Origin: an uncultured Nitrospiraceae bacterium
GTDB lineage: Bacteria; Nitrospirota; Nitrospiria; Nitrospirales; Nitrospiraceae
DNA length: 64,000 nucleotides
NCBI GenBank assembly: GCA_963706325.1
Contig: CAVPLT010000007.1
Coordinates: 832,001-896,000 of the forward strand
Direction of reading: 5' to 3'
A program made the translations under genes and the position numbers. The notes beneath the pieces were generated by a model. It worked only from the letters and a program-made list of their open reading frames with translations, was not told the origin of the DNA and ran no database searches. Below, piece by piece: positions 10,049 through 20,056 of the stretch. Every line of letters starts with the position of its first letter. Position 1 is the first letter of the stretch.

Positions 10049-11370
10049 AGATTTTCGTCTTGCTATCCAATGCGCCCGATCCCGCCGGTGAGGCCATCGA
10101 GGTGGTCGGTCATGAAGTGGTCGAGAAAGCCCAGCGGCTTGGACATTCGGTCTTTCTTCAGGTTATCTTCCGCGATCCCCGCGGAAGCCCTGCAGCCGGG
10201 CAGGCCGAACAAGCCCTCCGACGGATGGCGCTTCCGGATGTGGTCGTCTATCCGATGCTCTATGTCGAAGATGTGGTGGACCCATCGCCGAAGAGAGGCG
10301 CGGCGGCGCGACTCAGGCATCTGTTGACCGTCTTCACGCTGCGTCGCATGTTTCCTGCGTCAGGTCTCGGGGCGATGGTCGAGCGTCGCGCGCGCGAGGC
10401 AGCCGTGGACGCCATGCTGAGCGTCTGGAGTTGGGAGGCCTTGGCAGCCAGCTATCACATCCAGGGCATTCCGAAGTTCGTGTATTACGGGAATCCGGAT
10501 CACCTGCCGGCCCAGGCGCGATTCCGCCATCCGGAGTTATTCGGCATCCCGACAGTCACGACCGCGGACCATCTATGGCTGTGGTTTGAGAAGTTGCGCA
10601 ATGAGAGACGAAAGCGGTTCAATATCAGGATGATGAATGCCTGCGAGGTCACGGCGAATAATTCCGTTCTGGACGCGGAGTTTTATCGCGCTCATGGACA
10701 CCCACATTCGATCTATTTGCAAAACATGTGGCCCCGCGTCAAGCTCGCGTCGCAGAGCACCTCGACGGCAGAATCGCAGGCGCACCCCATTAAAATCATC
10801 GGCAGCGTGGGCAATCTCGGAGCAACCGGTAACACATTCGCCCTGGCATACCTGGGACGGGAAATTCTGCCTCGGCTGGAGGTTCGATTCAACGATCGTC
10901 CGTTTGAAATCCATTTGCTGGGGAAGGGGACGCCGGCCACTTCCGTTGCCGCTTCCCTGAAAGATGCGCGCATTAAGATTCGAGGGTGGGTGGACGACAT
11001 CCATGAGGAGTTCCGGGCGGCGGCGGCCTTTCTGGTGTTGACGAACGTGAACGCGGACTTTCTCGTCGGGAACACGAGGATTCTCCTCGCCTGGGCTCTC
11101 GGAACCTGCGTCATCATGCACGAGAACAGTCGGTTGGCGATGCCTGAGATCGAGCACGGGGTCAATGCGTTACTAGGCCGCACCCCTGACGAACTGGTGG
11201 AGCGGATCGTTGCCGCAACGGAGGACGCGGCGCTTCGTCGGCGGATCGGTCGGGGCGGCGAACAGACATTCGACCGCTATTATCGATCTGACACAGTCGT
11301 TCCCAGAATGTTTGAACTGGTTCAGGAAATGGTCGACCGTAGCGGAACGACCCGCGGTCTGCCGGCTTAA
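10045..11370 (+). CDS. Glycosyltransferase, GT-B fold (GT4-like)
   Basis: IRGWVDDIHEEF, TRILLAWALG, EIEHGVNALLG, LRRRIGRGG C-terminal helix; ATGA overlap with upstream gene. Confidence 0.75.
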   Translation: MKIFVLLSNAPDPAGEAIEVVGHEVVEKAQRLGHSVFLQVIFRDPRGSPAAGQAEQALRRMALPDVVVYPMLYVEDVVDPSPKRGAAARLRHLLTVFTLRRMFPASGLGAMVERRAREAAVDAMLSVWSWEALAASYHIQGIPKFVYYGNPDHLPAQARFRHPELFGIPTVTTADHLWLWFEKLRNERRKRFNIRMMNACEVTANNSVLDAEFYRAHGHPHSIYLQNMWPRVKLASQSTSTAESQAHPIKIIGSVGNLGATGNTFALAYLGREILPRLEVRFNDRPFEIHLLGKGTPATSVAASLKDARIKIRGWVDDIHEEFRAAAAFLVLTNVNADFLVGNTRILLAWALGTCVIMHENSRLAMPEIEHGVNALLGRTPDELVERIVAATEDAALRRRIGRGGEQTFDRYYRSDTVVPRMFELVQEMVDRSGTTRGLPA

Positions 11371-11379
11371 TTAGTCACC

Positions 11380-12183
11380 GTGTCGGAGAAAGAGGAGACC
11401 GTGAAGAAAGCCATTGCATCTCGAATCGGAGAAGGTCTTGTCACACTGTTGCCGGACTTCGTCTGTACCGCCTTTGCCAAACGACTGGCCGAGCACAATC
11501 CACAACTCCTGCTGGAGGCACTTGGACCGAAATTGAACCGGACTCCATCGCTGGATTCGATGCCGTTCGACCTTTCCCCGTCCGGGCCGCTGCAATTCGA
11601 AGATCTCGCCGGGTTGTTCGCCAGCACGTCACTCGATCACGGTGTCATTGCCATGACCGTTCGGCAAACCGCCTATCTGTTTGGACTGGTCCGCCGACTG
11701 AAGCCCCGCAAGGTCATTGAAATCGGTCGATACAAGGGAGGGTCCAGCCTCACGATTGCCGCCGCCATGAATGGTCAGGGAGAGTTCTGGTCGATCGATC
11801 TCGGAGAAAAAGAAGCCCGACTCCACCAGCGTGGCACCAATCGGACGTTTGACGACGAGATTCGCGATATCTGCGCACGGTTTGGTCTCTCAGTCACACT
11901 GTTGGTCGGGGATTCACGCACGATTGAGGTCGAGACCGGCGAAGTCGATCTTGTCTTTATCGACGGCGATCACAGCTATGAGGGCGTGAAAAGTGATTTC
12001 GAACGATTTGGTCGACGCGTGAAAGTCGGCGGCGCTGTCTTATTCGATGATGCCTGCGATGAAGCGGTCTTTCACACCCATTCGGAATCGGTCGGGAAGC
12101 TGCTGCAAGAAATCGTGGCGGAACAATCGTTCCGTTTGGTCAAATCGGTGAATCGGTTAGCCCACATCGAACGGGTTCGTTAG
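11380..12183 (+). CDS. Class I SAM-dependent methyltransferase (Methyltransf_24-like, probable sugar O-methyltransferase)
   Basis: VIEIGRYKGGSS, GDS, DLVFIDGDHSYEGVKSD, GGAVLFDD. Confidence 0.88.
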   Translation: MSEKEETVKKAIASRIGEGLVTLLPDFVCTAFAKRLAEHNPQLLLEALGPKLNRTPSLDSMPFDLSPSGPLQFEDLAGLFASTSLDHGVIAMTVRQTAYLFGLVRRLKPRKVIEIGRYKGGSSLTIAAAMNGQGEFWSIDLGEKEARLHQRGTNRTFDDEIRDICARFGLSVTLLVGDSRTIEVETGEVDLVFIDGDHSYEGVKSDFERFGRRVKVGGAVLFDDACDEAVFHTHSESVGKLLQEIVAEQSFRLVKSVNRLAHIERVR

Positions 12184-12193
12184 GAGGCACGTC

Positions 12194-13321
12194 GTGCTGG
12201 TCGGCATTTTCGGGGCAGGTCGCAATGGGTCGTCGCTGTTAATGCGGCTGCTGGATGGTAGTCCTGGCCTCTGGATCTATCCCATCGAGTTGAACTACCT
12301 GCGCGCGTTTGCCCCGCGTACTGTTAAAGGAACCGTCAAACGCCTGCTCTCCGCCTGCGCATCGACACTTCCCGGCCATACAGGGGATACGATCAAGAGT
12401 CGGCAGCGACGACTTGTCCAGGACTGGGCGGCTGAGCAGCTCCGGGAGTTGAAGGCCACATATCTGGATAAGCTCGTTCAGCCCATCTCGGTGAGCGGAA
12501 ACCCACGGGACACAATTACGGCAGGGGTGACGGATAACGTCGTCGGCAATCTCGAGTACTACCTGGACGCGATCCGATCTTATTACGATACGCGACGACT
12601 CCCGGCGACACCGCTGTTGATGTTCAAATCGATCGAAGTCTCGGATCTGTCTCGGTACGAGCAAATGTTTCCCACTATGAAGTGTATTCACATCATGCGG
12701 CATCCCTATTCCAATTATAGTTCGCTCAAACGAACAGACATGGTGTTGAAGCAGAAACCGTTCTGGTTTCAGGGCGGCGACATACTGAGGCTTCAGTTGG
12801 AGTCCCGTTGGATTCCGCACGCGGAGTATACGATGCAAGCCCTTGAGACAGATCCGGCCCGGCATTATCTTGTGAAGTACGAGGACCTCTGCGATTCGCC
12901 GTCACGTACGGTGACGGACATCTGTGCCTGGTTGGGCGTCGCGCCGCCGGAGGAGCCGACCATTCAGACGGTCCTGGGCGGCAGGCATATCAAGTCCCTC
13001 CCCATTAACTCCAGCTTGAAGGGGGTCGATACCCCGGCGCAGGTGGTGTCCGATATGGCCAAGGAATATGGATATGACGATATTCTGACGGCGCGCGAGC
13101 GGAAGCTGATTTTGCTCCGCACCTATAAGCTGGGTCGTCGGATCGGATATTTTTCAGCGCAGGATGAGGCAGAGGTGCCGGCCAGATTACCGCTGTTGCG
13201 GGAGTGGCTGGCACCGGATCAATGGGAATATATGAATGCGTCGTCACGGTTGCGTTTGATTCGCGCGCTGATCCAGCGCCGGTTGTACCTTTGTCGGGTC
13301 CTGCTCTCGCCACTCGGGTAA
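12194..13321 (+). CDS. PAPS-dependent sulfotransferase
   Basis: GAGRNGSSLLMRLLD (5'-PSB loop), IHIMRHPYSNYSS (3'-PB), VKYEDLCDSP. Confidence 0.85.
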   Translation: MLVGIFGAGRNGSSLLMRLLDGSPGLWIYPIELNYLRAFAPRTVKGTVKRLLSACASTLPGHTGDTIKSRQRRLVQDWAAEQLRELKATYLDKLVQPISVSGNPRDTITAGVTDNVVGNLEYYLDAIRSYYDTRRLPATPLLMFKSIEVSDLSRYEQMFPTMKCIHIMRHPYSNYSSLKRTDMVLKQKPFWFQGGDILRLQLESRWIPHAEYTMQALETDPARHYLVKYEDLCDSPSRTVTDICAWLGVAPPEEPTIQTVLGGRHIKSLPINSSLKGVDTPAQVVSDMAKEYGYDDILTARERKLILLRTYKLGRRIGYFSAQDEAEVPARLPLLREWLAPDQWEYMNASSRLRLIRALIQRRLYLCRVLLSPLG

Positions 13322-13351
13322 CGGCACTCGCTCCATGGTGGTTGAGTCAAG

Positions 13352-14397
13352 ATGAAGTTTTCAGACCGGGACAAGACGATGTTTCAGACGGTCTTCACGC
13401 CGTCCGCCGACGAGGCGCGGACGGTACTCGACTATGTTCGGTATCTGTGGGATGAGCGTATCGGGGAACAGCTCGCCGAGCATCCGCTGTATCGGCCGTC
13501 TGCGCTGTGGAAACACTGGGCCGGACAGACGTTCACGGGATTGTCCCTGGAGAAAATCCTTCTGCAGGCAGGCCATGCCTTCCCGTCCTCGGTCGAGGTC
13601 GGCGGTACAGATACCGGCGAGAGGAAGGCGTCGCGTTGGCGGCGCTGTATCGGGGCCTTGCTCGGCGGGGGAGGGAACGACCGTATCCGGCAGGGTCGTG
13701 ATACTGAGCAGTTACAGAAACGGTTCAGGCGGTTCCACCCGCAGGTGGCCGTCCGCCCGGAACATGAACGCTGGTACGCATGGCATCCGAATCCGTATTT
13801 CCGCTGCTTGGAAGCCTATGTGCTGGGAAATAAACATCCCCTTCCTGAACACATGCTGGAAATCGGAGCAGGAGCCTGCGTCAATGTGGCCTTCTATCGA
13901 AGCCTCAACCCAGTGATGCGCACAACCGTCATCGACCTGCCGGAGACGATCATCTTCGGCTATTGCTTTCTGAAAAGCGTCTTCCCCGATATCCGGATTC
14001 GACTACCACATGAGGTGGATCAGGACCATTCCGGCCGTACGCCGATGTGCAATTTCTCCTGCCGACGCAGGTCAATCTGGTTCCGGACCGTAGCGTGGAT
14101 TTTTGTTTCAACATGTCCTCCTTTCAAGAAATGACGATCGAAACCGTGAATCACTACCTCCGCTTCATGTCGCAGAAGCTCAAATCGGGCGGGACGTTGC
14201 TGTCCGTGAACCAGGAGTCCTCCCGCTATTTGGAGGGAAATGCGTTGAAGAATTATGACTTTGCCTTGTACCATGCGACACCAAACCGGAAACCGGCGCA
14301 TTTCGGGACGGACCTGGTGGGGCATATTCAGGGTTTGAGCATCGTACATGCGGAAGTGGAGAATCATCCGAGGTACGAGGGGGCTGCGCATCCGTAA
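13352..14397 (+). CDS. Putative sugar O-methyltransferase (frameshift near 14030)
   Basis: MLEIGAGACVN, VIDLPETI; next frame continues ADVQFLLP..DFCFNMSSFQEMT..VNHY..SVNQE. Confidence 0.75.
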
Positions 14398-15089
14398 TGC
14401 ATGCATTGGCCGTCATCCCGGCGAGAGGAGGATCGAAATCGATCCCGCTGAAAAATATCCGGCCACTGAACGGGACGCCCCTATTGGCCTTTACGATCGA
14501 GGCGGTAAAGCACTCGAAGTATCTCGATCGCTGCGTGGTCTCGACCGACTATCCTGAGGTCGCCAAAGTGGCGCGGGACTATGGAGCCGAGGTCATCGAT
14601 CGGCCCGCAGACCTGGCCACCGACCAGGCGCCGACCGAATGGGCGTTGTTGCACGTGTTGGAAATTTTGGGCCGGGAAGGCTATCGGCCCGACTATATCG
14701 TGACCCTGGAGCCCACCTCGCCGTTCAGAACGACGGCCTTGATCGATCGGTGCATCGAAGCGGCGATACAACATCAGGACGTGGATTGCGTGATGACGGT
14801 CACGGAAACCCGCAAGGGCTACGGGCGGCTGGAAAATGGCCGGTTCGAGTATCTGTTTCCTGATCAGCCGCGCCGGCGGCAGGAGCGCCGACCATTGTAC
14901 GAGGAAAGCAGCACGGTCTATGTGACGAAAACCAGCGCATTGGAGCGCGATCGGTCGGTCCTGGGCCGGACCAGGTATGGTCTGGTCGTGGAGGACCCTC
15001 GCGAGGCCATCGATATCAACGAACCCTTCGACTTCATCGTGGCGGAAGCGGTGCTGGCGCAGCGCCTTGTGGAGGAACAGCATGGCTGA
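14397..15089 (+). CDS. neuA: CMP-nonulosonate (acylneuraminate) cytidylyltransferase
   Basis: VIPARGGSKSIPLKNI, VSTD, RPADLATD, LEPTSPFR, AIDINEPFD. Confidence 0.92.
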   Translation: MHALAVIPARGGSKSIPLKNIRPLNGTPLLAFTIEAVKHSKYLDRCVVSTDYPEVAKVARDYGAEVIDRPADLATDQAPTEWALLHVLEILGREGYRPDYIVTLEPTSPFRTTALIDRCIEAAIQHQDVDCVMTVTETRKGYGRLENGRFEYLFPDQPRRRQERRPLYEESSTVYVTKTSALERDRSVLGRTRYGLVVEDPREAIDINEPFDFIVAEAVLAQRLVEEQHG

Positions 15090-16128
15090 AATCGCATCCA
15101 TTCCAATCGGTCCCTATCGCATCGGACCGGACCATTCCCCGTTGGTGATTGCCGAGGCGGCAGTGAATCACCAAGGCGATTTCGCGACGGCTAAGCGCAT
15201 GGTCTATATAGCCCATGCTATGGGGGCGCATATCATCAAGTTCCAGATTCACGTCTTGGACAATGAGATGCTCCGGGACACACCGCAATCCGCCAATTTC
15301 GCCGAGCCCCTTTATGTGACCTTGGATAAGACGAACCTTTCCATCGATCAGCACCGTGAACTCAAGCAGCTCTGCGAGTCGTTGGGCATTCTCTATCTCT
15401 GCACGCCGTTCAGCCGGGTGGGGGCGGATATCCTCGAAGAGCTCGGGGTGGCGGCTTATAAGACTGGGTCCGGTGAGTTAACCAACCTCCCGCTCATCGA
15501 ACACATCGCCCGGAAGCGGAAACCCATGATCGTCTCAACCGGCATGTGCACGATTGAGGAGGTAGGGGAAACCGTTGCGTTATTGAAAAAGTTGAACACT
15601 CCGTTCGCCTTGACCCATTGCGTATCCGCCTATCCGACTCCGTATGATCGCGTGAATCTCGGCATGATCGGAAAATATCGCGAGCTCTTTTCCGTTCCCG
15701 TCGGTTTGTCGGACCATTCACGGGGGATCTATACGGCGATCGGAGCCGTGGCGCTCGGGGCTTGTGTCGTGGAGAAACACTTTACGCTGGACCGCCAACA
15801 GCCTGGCCCCGACCATCCGGTGTCGATCGAGCCGGATGAGTTGAGAGAGTTGGTCACCGGGGTGGATGCCGTGTTTCGAGCCAGCGGGGCCGATCGTGAG
15901 ATTTTCCCGGAAGAGCAAGAGATCGTGGCCTGGGCGCGTGAAAGCGTTGTATCGGAAGTGCCGATTCCACGCGGAAGTGTCATCACGAAGGAGATGGTCT
16001 GGGTGAAACGTCCGAGTCCCGGCCCCGGTGTCGTCGCGGCAAAAGACCTGGGAAAGGTGATCGGCAAGGTGGCGCAGGTCGATATACCGAAGGATTGCCA
16101 GATTCGCTGGGAGCAGTTGAACGGATGA
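15082..16128 (+). CDS. neuB: N-acetylneuraminate/nonulosonate synthase with C-terminal SAF domain
   Basis: VIAEAAVNHQGD, IKFQ, CTPFS, YKTGSGE, STGM, HCVSAYPTP, GLSDHS, VEKHFTLD, GPDH. Confidence 0.95.
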   Translation: MAEIASIPIGPYRIGPDHSPLVIAEAAVNHQGDFATAKRMVYIAHAMGAHIIKFQIHVLDNEMLRDTPQSANFAEPLYVTLDKTNLSIDQHRELKQLCESLGILYLCTPFSRVGADILEELGVAAYKTGSGELTNLPLIEHIARKRKPMIVSTGMCTIEEVGETVALLKKLNTPFALTHCVSAYPTPYDRVNLGMIGKYRELFSVPVGLSDHSRGIYTAIGAVALGACVVEKHFTLDRQQPGPDHPVSIEPDELRELVTGVDAVFRASGADREIFPEEQEIVAWARESVVSEVPIPRGSVITKEMVWVKRPSPGPGVVAAKDLGKVIGKVAQVDIPKDCQIRWEQLNG

Positions 16129-17276
16129 AACCGCGCAAGATCGCCGTCGTCTCCGAAGCCAGGGCTACGTATGGGTACATCAAGAATGTGATGCACCTGA
16201 TCGAGCGGTCCGAACAGCTGGAGCTCCAGCTCATCGTCACCGGCATGCATCTGTTGAAAGAATACGGGTCGTCGATCGATGAGATTCTGCGGGACGGATT
16301 CAAACCGGCGGCGCGCGTGGATATGTATGTGGGCGGCGATACGCCGACGGCTTGGTCGAAATCGCTCGGGGTTGAAATCCAGGGGCTGGCGCAGGTTTTC
16401 GACATGTTGAAGCCCGATCTCCTGCTGGTTGCGGGGGACCGCGCCGAGATCCTCGCCGCGACCGTGACGGCCGCCTATATGAATATCCCCGTTGCTCATA
16501 TCCAATCCGGCGACCTCTCCGGCCATATCGACGGCTCCGCCCGCCACGCCATCACGAAGCTGGCGCACATCCATCTGCCGGCTTGTGAAGACTCCGCTGA
16601 ACGGGTGCGAAAAATGGGCGAGGAGTCCTGGCGTATTTTTAACGTCGGCGCGCCTCAACTGGACGATGTCGTGCACGGCAAGAAACTGGCGCGTCCGGAG
16701 TTGTCCAGGATGTTTGGGGTGGATTTCGATCAGCCGGTTTTGCTGATCATTCAGCATGCCGTGCTGGCGGAAGTGCATTTGGCCAAGAAACAAATGGAAG
16801 AGACCCTGGCTGCGGTGAAGGATAGCAGGCATCCAGCATTGGTGATCTACCCCAATGTGGATGCGGCGGGACAGGAGATCATCAGTGTCATCCGGCAATA
16901 TGAGCAGGTTCCGACGATCAAGACATTCAAGAATGTGGAGCGCGATGTATTTTTGAGCTTGCTGACCGCGGTTTCTGTTTTGATCGGGAACTCCAGCGTC
17001 GGCATTCTGGAAGCGCCGTCATTTAAGCTGCCGGCGCTGGATATCGGCAGTCGGCAAACCGGCCGTATGCGAGCTTGTAATGTGATCACGGTTCCGCAAT
17101 TTGACCGCCGCCAGATCGGGCAGGCGATCGAACAGGCACTTCATGACAACCGGTTCAGGACGATGCTGAAGACCTGCGAGAATCCCTATGGTGATGGCAA
17201 CAGTTCGGAAAGGATCTGCCGGGTTCTGGAAGAGGTCGATCTCGGCAAGCTCCTCAATAAACAGATGACCTATTAG
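16125..17276 (+). CDS. neuC: UDP-N-acetylglucosamine 2-epimerase (hydrolysing)
   Basis: IVTGMHL..EYG, GDRAE, HIQSGDLSGHID, RHAITKLAH, YPNVDAA, IGNSSVGILEAPSF, IGSRQTGR, NPYGDG. Confidence 0.93.
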   Translation: MKPRKIAVVSEARATYGYIKNVMHLIERSEQLELQLIVTGMHLLKEYGSSIDEILRDGFKPAARVDMYVGGDTPTAWSKSLGVEIQGLAQVFDMLKPDLLLVAGDRAEILAATVTAAYMNIPVAHIQSGDLSGHIDGSARHAITKLAHIHLPACEDSAERVRKMGEESWRIFNVGAPQLDDVVHGKKLARPELSRMFGVDFDQPVLLIIQHAVLAEVHLAKKQMEETLAAVKDSRHPALVIYPNVDAAGQEIISVIRQYEQVPTIKTFKNVERDVFLSLLTAVSVLIGNSSVGILEAPSFKLPALDIGSRQTGRMRACNVITVPQFDRRQIGQAIEQALHDNRFRTMLKTCENPYGDGNSSERICRVLEEVDLGKLLNKQMTY

Positions 17277-17291
17277 AGGGACAGAGCTTTT

Positions 17292-18290
17292 ATGAACGCT
17301 CCTGTGTTAGTCACCGGCGGTGCCGGTTGTATCGGGATTCAGGTCTGCCGTGAGCTGGATCGACGGGGCATCGAAGTGCATTTGCTGGACCTTGGCGAGC
17401 AAATCGCCCGTGTCAGGCAGGCGCTGCCTGCGAAGACGAAAGTGTTCTACGGGTCGATTTTGGATATCTCCTCGATTCGCGAGGCGATGGACGGCTGTGG
17501 AGCGGTGATTCACCTTGCTGCGCTGCTTGGCGTGCGCCGTACGGAGGTCAATCGTTTACGCTGCCTCGAAATCAATGTCGATGGGACAAAGCGGGTGCTG
17601 GACTGCGCCATCCAGCATCGGATCATGAGACTGGTCTTCGCCTCCTCGTCGGAAGTCTACGGTGAACCGCTGGAGAATCCCATCACGGAGGACACCATCA
17701 CGCAGGGAAAGACCGTGTATGCGGTCAGTAAGCTGGCGGGCGAGGAGCTCTGCATCGGGTATGCGCAACGCTATCCTGAATTCGAGCACGTCATTCTCCG
17801 ATTCTTTAATGCCTATGGACCCTATCAGGCGGCGCAATTCGTATTGCCCAAGTTCATTCAGAATGCCATGACGGGCAAACCGATCGTCATCAACGGCAGC
17901 GGCGATCAAATCCGTTCCTATTGTTACAGCGAAGATACCGCGCGGGGAGTGGTCGAAGCCCTCCTCCGGCGGGAAGCCGCCGGTCAGGTGATCAATCTCG
18001 GCAGCAGCGACCGGCCGACCTCCCTCAAGGATTTGGCGGATCTGGTCGTCAAGGCCAGTGGAAATCCCTCGGTTGAAATCAAATATGCGGCCGATTTTCA
18101 AGGCACCGACCGTCATGCAAGCCGCGAAATCCATCGCCGCTACTGTTCAGGCGACAAGGCGAAACAGTTGCTGGGTTTCGAATCGCGGGTGTCGCTCGAA
18201 GACGGCATCCGGCGTATCATCGAAATGAACAGCATTTTTGAGAAATGGGAAAGCACCGAGTTGCCGTACCTCGTCGATGAGATGACCTGA
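17292..18290 (+). CDS. NAD-dependent sugar epimerase/dehydratase (extended SDR)
   Basis: VLVTGGAGCIG, IHLAA, ASSSEVYG, YAVSK, LRFFNAYGP, GDQIRSYCY. Confidence 0.92.
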   Translation: MNAPVLVTGGAGCIGIQVCRELDRRGIEVHLLDLGEQIARVRQALPAKTKVFYGSILDISSIREAMDGCGAVIHLAALLGVRRTEVNRLRCLEINVDGTKRVLDCAIQHRIMRLVFASSSEVYGEPLENPITEDTITQGKTVYAVSKLAGEELCIGYAQRYPEFEHVILRFFNAYGPYQAAQFVLPKFIQNAMTGKPIVINGSGDQIRSYCYSEDTARGVVEALLRREAAGQVINLGSSDRPTSLKDLADLVVKASGNPSVEIKYAADFQGTDRHASREIHRRYCSGDKAKQLLGFESRVSLEDGIRRIIEMNSIFEKWESTELPYLVDEMT

Positions 18291-18321
18291 GAGGGAGATC
18301 TCCCCTCGTCCGCGCGCCTTC

Positions 18322-20010
18322 ATGACCCATCGCAACTGGAAAACCACCCTTAAGCGCGTCCTTTCTCGAGCGCATGTGCTTCCTGCTGTCCGCAGCCTGC
18401 ATTACCACGTCCACCGGGTGGTCGATCGTGACTTTCGCGCCTCGGAGTTGCTGCGAGAACAAGAATTTCGAGAATTTTCCAGTGGATATGGCGCGGCATT
18501 CCGCAATCTGCGCCCGGTTGAGCAAGGGCAATCGCGACGGGTGTTGGTGGTGAGCTCAGGTTCCCTCGGGCAGCTCGTTGAGATTGCGTTGGTGAAGGCG
18601 TTTCAAGCAGCCGGCTATCATCCGGTGGTTTTGACGGATTATGACCGGTGGGTCGACGCATTTTATCGAGAAGTGGGCATCCAGGACCTGTTGTATTGGG
18701 ATGAGTTCGTGCGCCTGTTGCCCGACGCAGAGGCGGTTCAGGTGATGGCCAACGTCTCGTCCTTTGAGCAACTTCTCACGGTGGACTACGACGGTGTCCG
18801 GGTGGGGAAATATGCGACATCCACCGCGTTGCGTCATCTGCGGGTCGGTCGCCTCGATCTGACGAACCAGGCAGTTCGCGATGCGATTCTGCCGTTTCTG
18901 CAACGATCGATAACCTATGCGAAGGCGGCCCAAGACATTGTGAAGGCCGTGCGTCCGCAGTTGGTGCTGTCTGTCGATCTCGGGTACAGTCCGCGGGGAG
19001 AACTGTACGATGTGTGTTTGGCGGCCGGCCTGGAGACCATTACGTGGAATGCCGCCCACAAAAACAACCAGCTCATGCTCAAACGGTACAGCCGGGCGAA
19101 CCGAGACGTGCATCCGGCCTCTCTTTCGAAACAGACGTGGCATGACCTTCAAGCACAACCTTGGACTGAGGCAGAGCGGGAGCGTCTCCGTCGCGAACTG
19201 GTCGGCAGTTATGTAAGCGGCGAATGGTACGGGGAAGTCGGCACCCAGTTTCATACGTCGCTGCAGGAGGCCGCGGAGATTCGCCGAGCACTGGATCTGG
19301 ACGATCGGAACAAGACTGCGGTCATCTTTTCGCATATCTTCTGGGACGGGACATTTTTTTATGGAACCGATCTTTTTGGAAGCTATGAGGAATGGTTCGT
19401 CGAGACGATGAAGGTCGCCTGTGCCAATCCCCACGTCAATTGGATCGTCAAAATCCATCCCGCCAATATCGTCAAGAACGTGCGGGATGGAGTCGGTTCT
19501 GAGCCGTCGGAGTTGACGGCGATTCGATCACTGGGTGAGACGTTGCCGGCGCATGTCCGAGTCGTTCAACCGGACAGCTGCATGAGCACCCTGTCGCTGT
19601 ATTCGGTGATGGACTACTGTGTGACGGTGCGCGGCACCGTGGGGATCGAGGCGGCCAGTTTTGGCATTCCTGTCCTGACGGCCGGCACGGGGCGATACGA
19701 TCGGCTTGGCTTTACCATCGATTCCGACTCGAGAGCGGAATATTTGAATCGTCTCGCGCACATTCATGAGATTCCCTCTCCGTCGGCCGTTCAACGGACG
19801 TTGGCTGAACGGTTTGCTCATGGTGTGTTCGTTCTACGGCCCTTCAATCTGCAAACGGTAACGCTGGAATATCAGCGCGATGCCAAGGCAAGCTTGCAAA
19901 CCCGGGTGTGCCTGCCGACGGGCCAGGACCTGCGGGCCGCACCGGATCTCCGAGCTCTGGCAAATTGGATCAACAGTGGGCAGGAAGATTTCCTCGCGCC
20001 GCATTTTTAG
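18322..20010 (+). CDS. KpsS/KpsC-like capsule-biosynthesis protein (candidate ulosonic-acid transferase)
   Basis: WIVKIHP (K-x-H-P) motif and TVRGTVGIEAASFGIPVLTAG, as in KpsC/KpsS-type proteins; lies just downstream of neuABC. Confidence 0.65.
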   Translation: MTHRNWKTTLKRVLSRAHVLPAVRSLHYHVHRVVDRDFRASELLREQEFREFSSGYGAAFRNLRPVEQGQSRRVLVVSSGSLGQLVEIALVKAFQAAGYHPVVLTDYDRWVDAFYREVGIQDLLYWDEFVRLLPDAEAVQVMANVSSFEQLLTVDYDGVRVGKYATSTALRHLRVGRLDLTNQAVRDAILPFLQRSITYAKAAQDIVKAVRPQLVLSVDLGYSPRGELYDVCLAAGLETITWNAAHKNNQLMLKRYSRANRDVHPASLSKQTWHDLQAQPWTEAERERLRRELVGSYVSGEWYGEVGTQFHTSLQEAAEIRRALDLDDRNKTAVIFSHIFWDGTFFYGTDLFGSYEEWFVETMKVACANPHVNWIVKIHPANIVKNVRDGVGSEPSELTAIRSLGETLPAHVRVVQPDSCMSTLSLYSVMDYCVTVRGTVGIEAASFGIPVLTAGTGRYDRLGFTIDSDSRAEYLNRLAHIHEIPSPSAVQRTLAERFAHGVFVLRPFNLQTVTLEYQRDAKASLQTRVCLPTGQDLRAAPDLRALANWINSGQEDFLAPHF

Positions 20011-20056
20011 GACTTAAGCCAGGGGCCTCCCACAATCATTCAGTGAGGTCGTCGTC

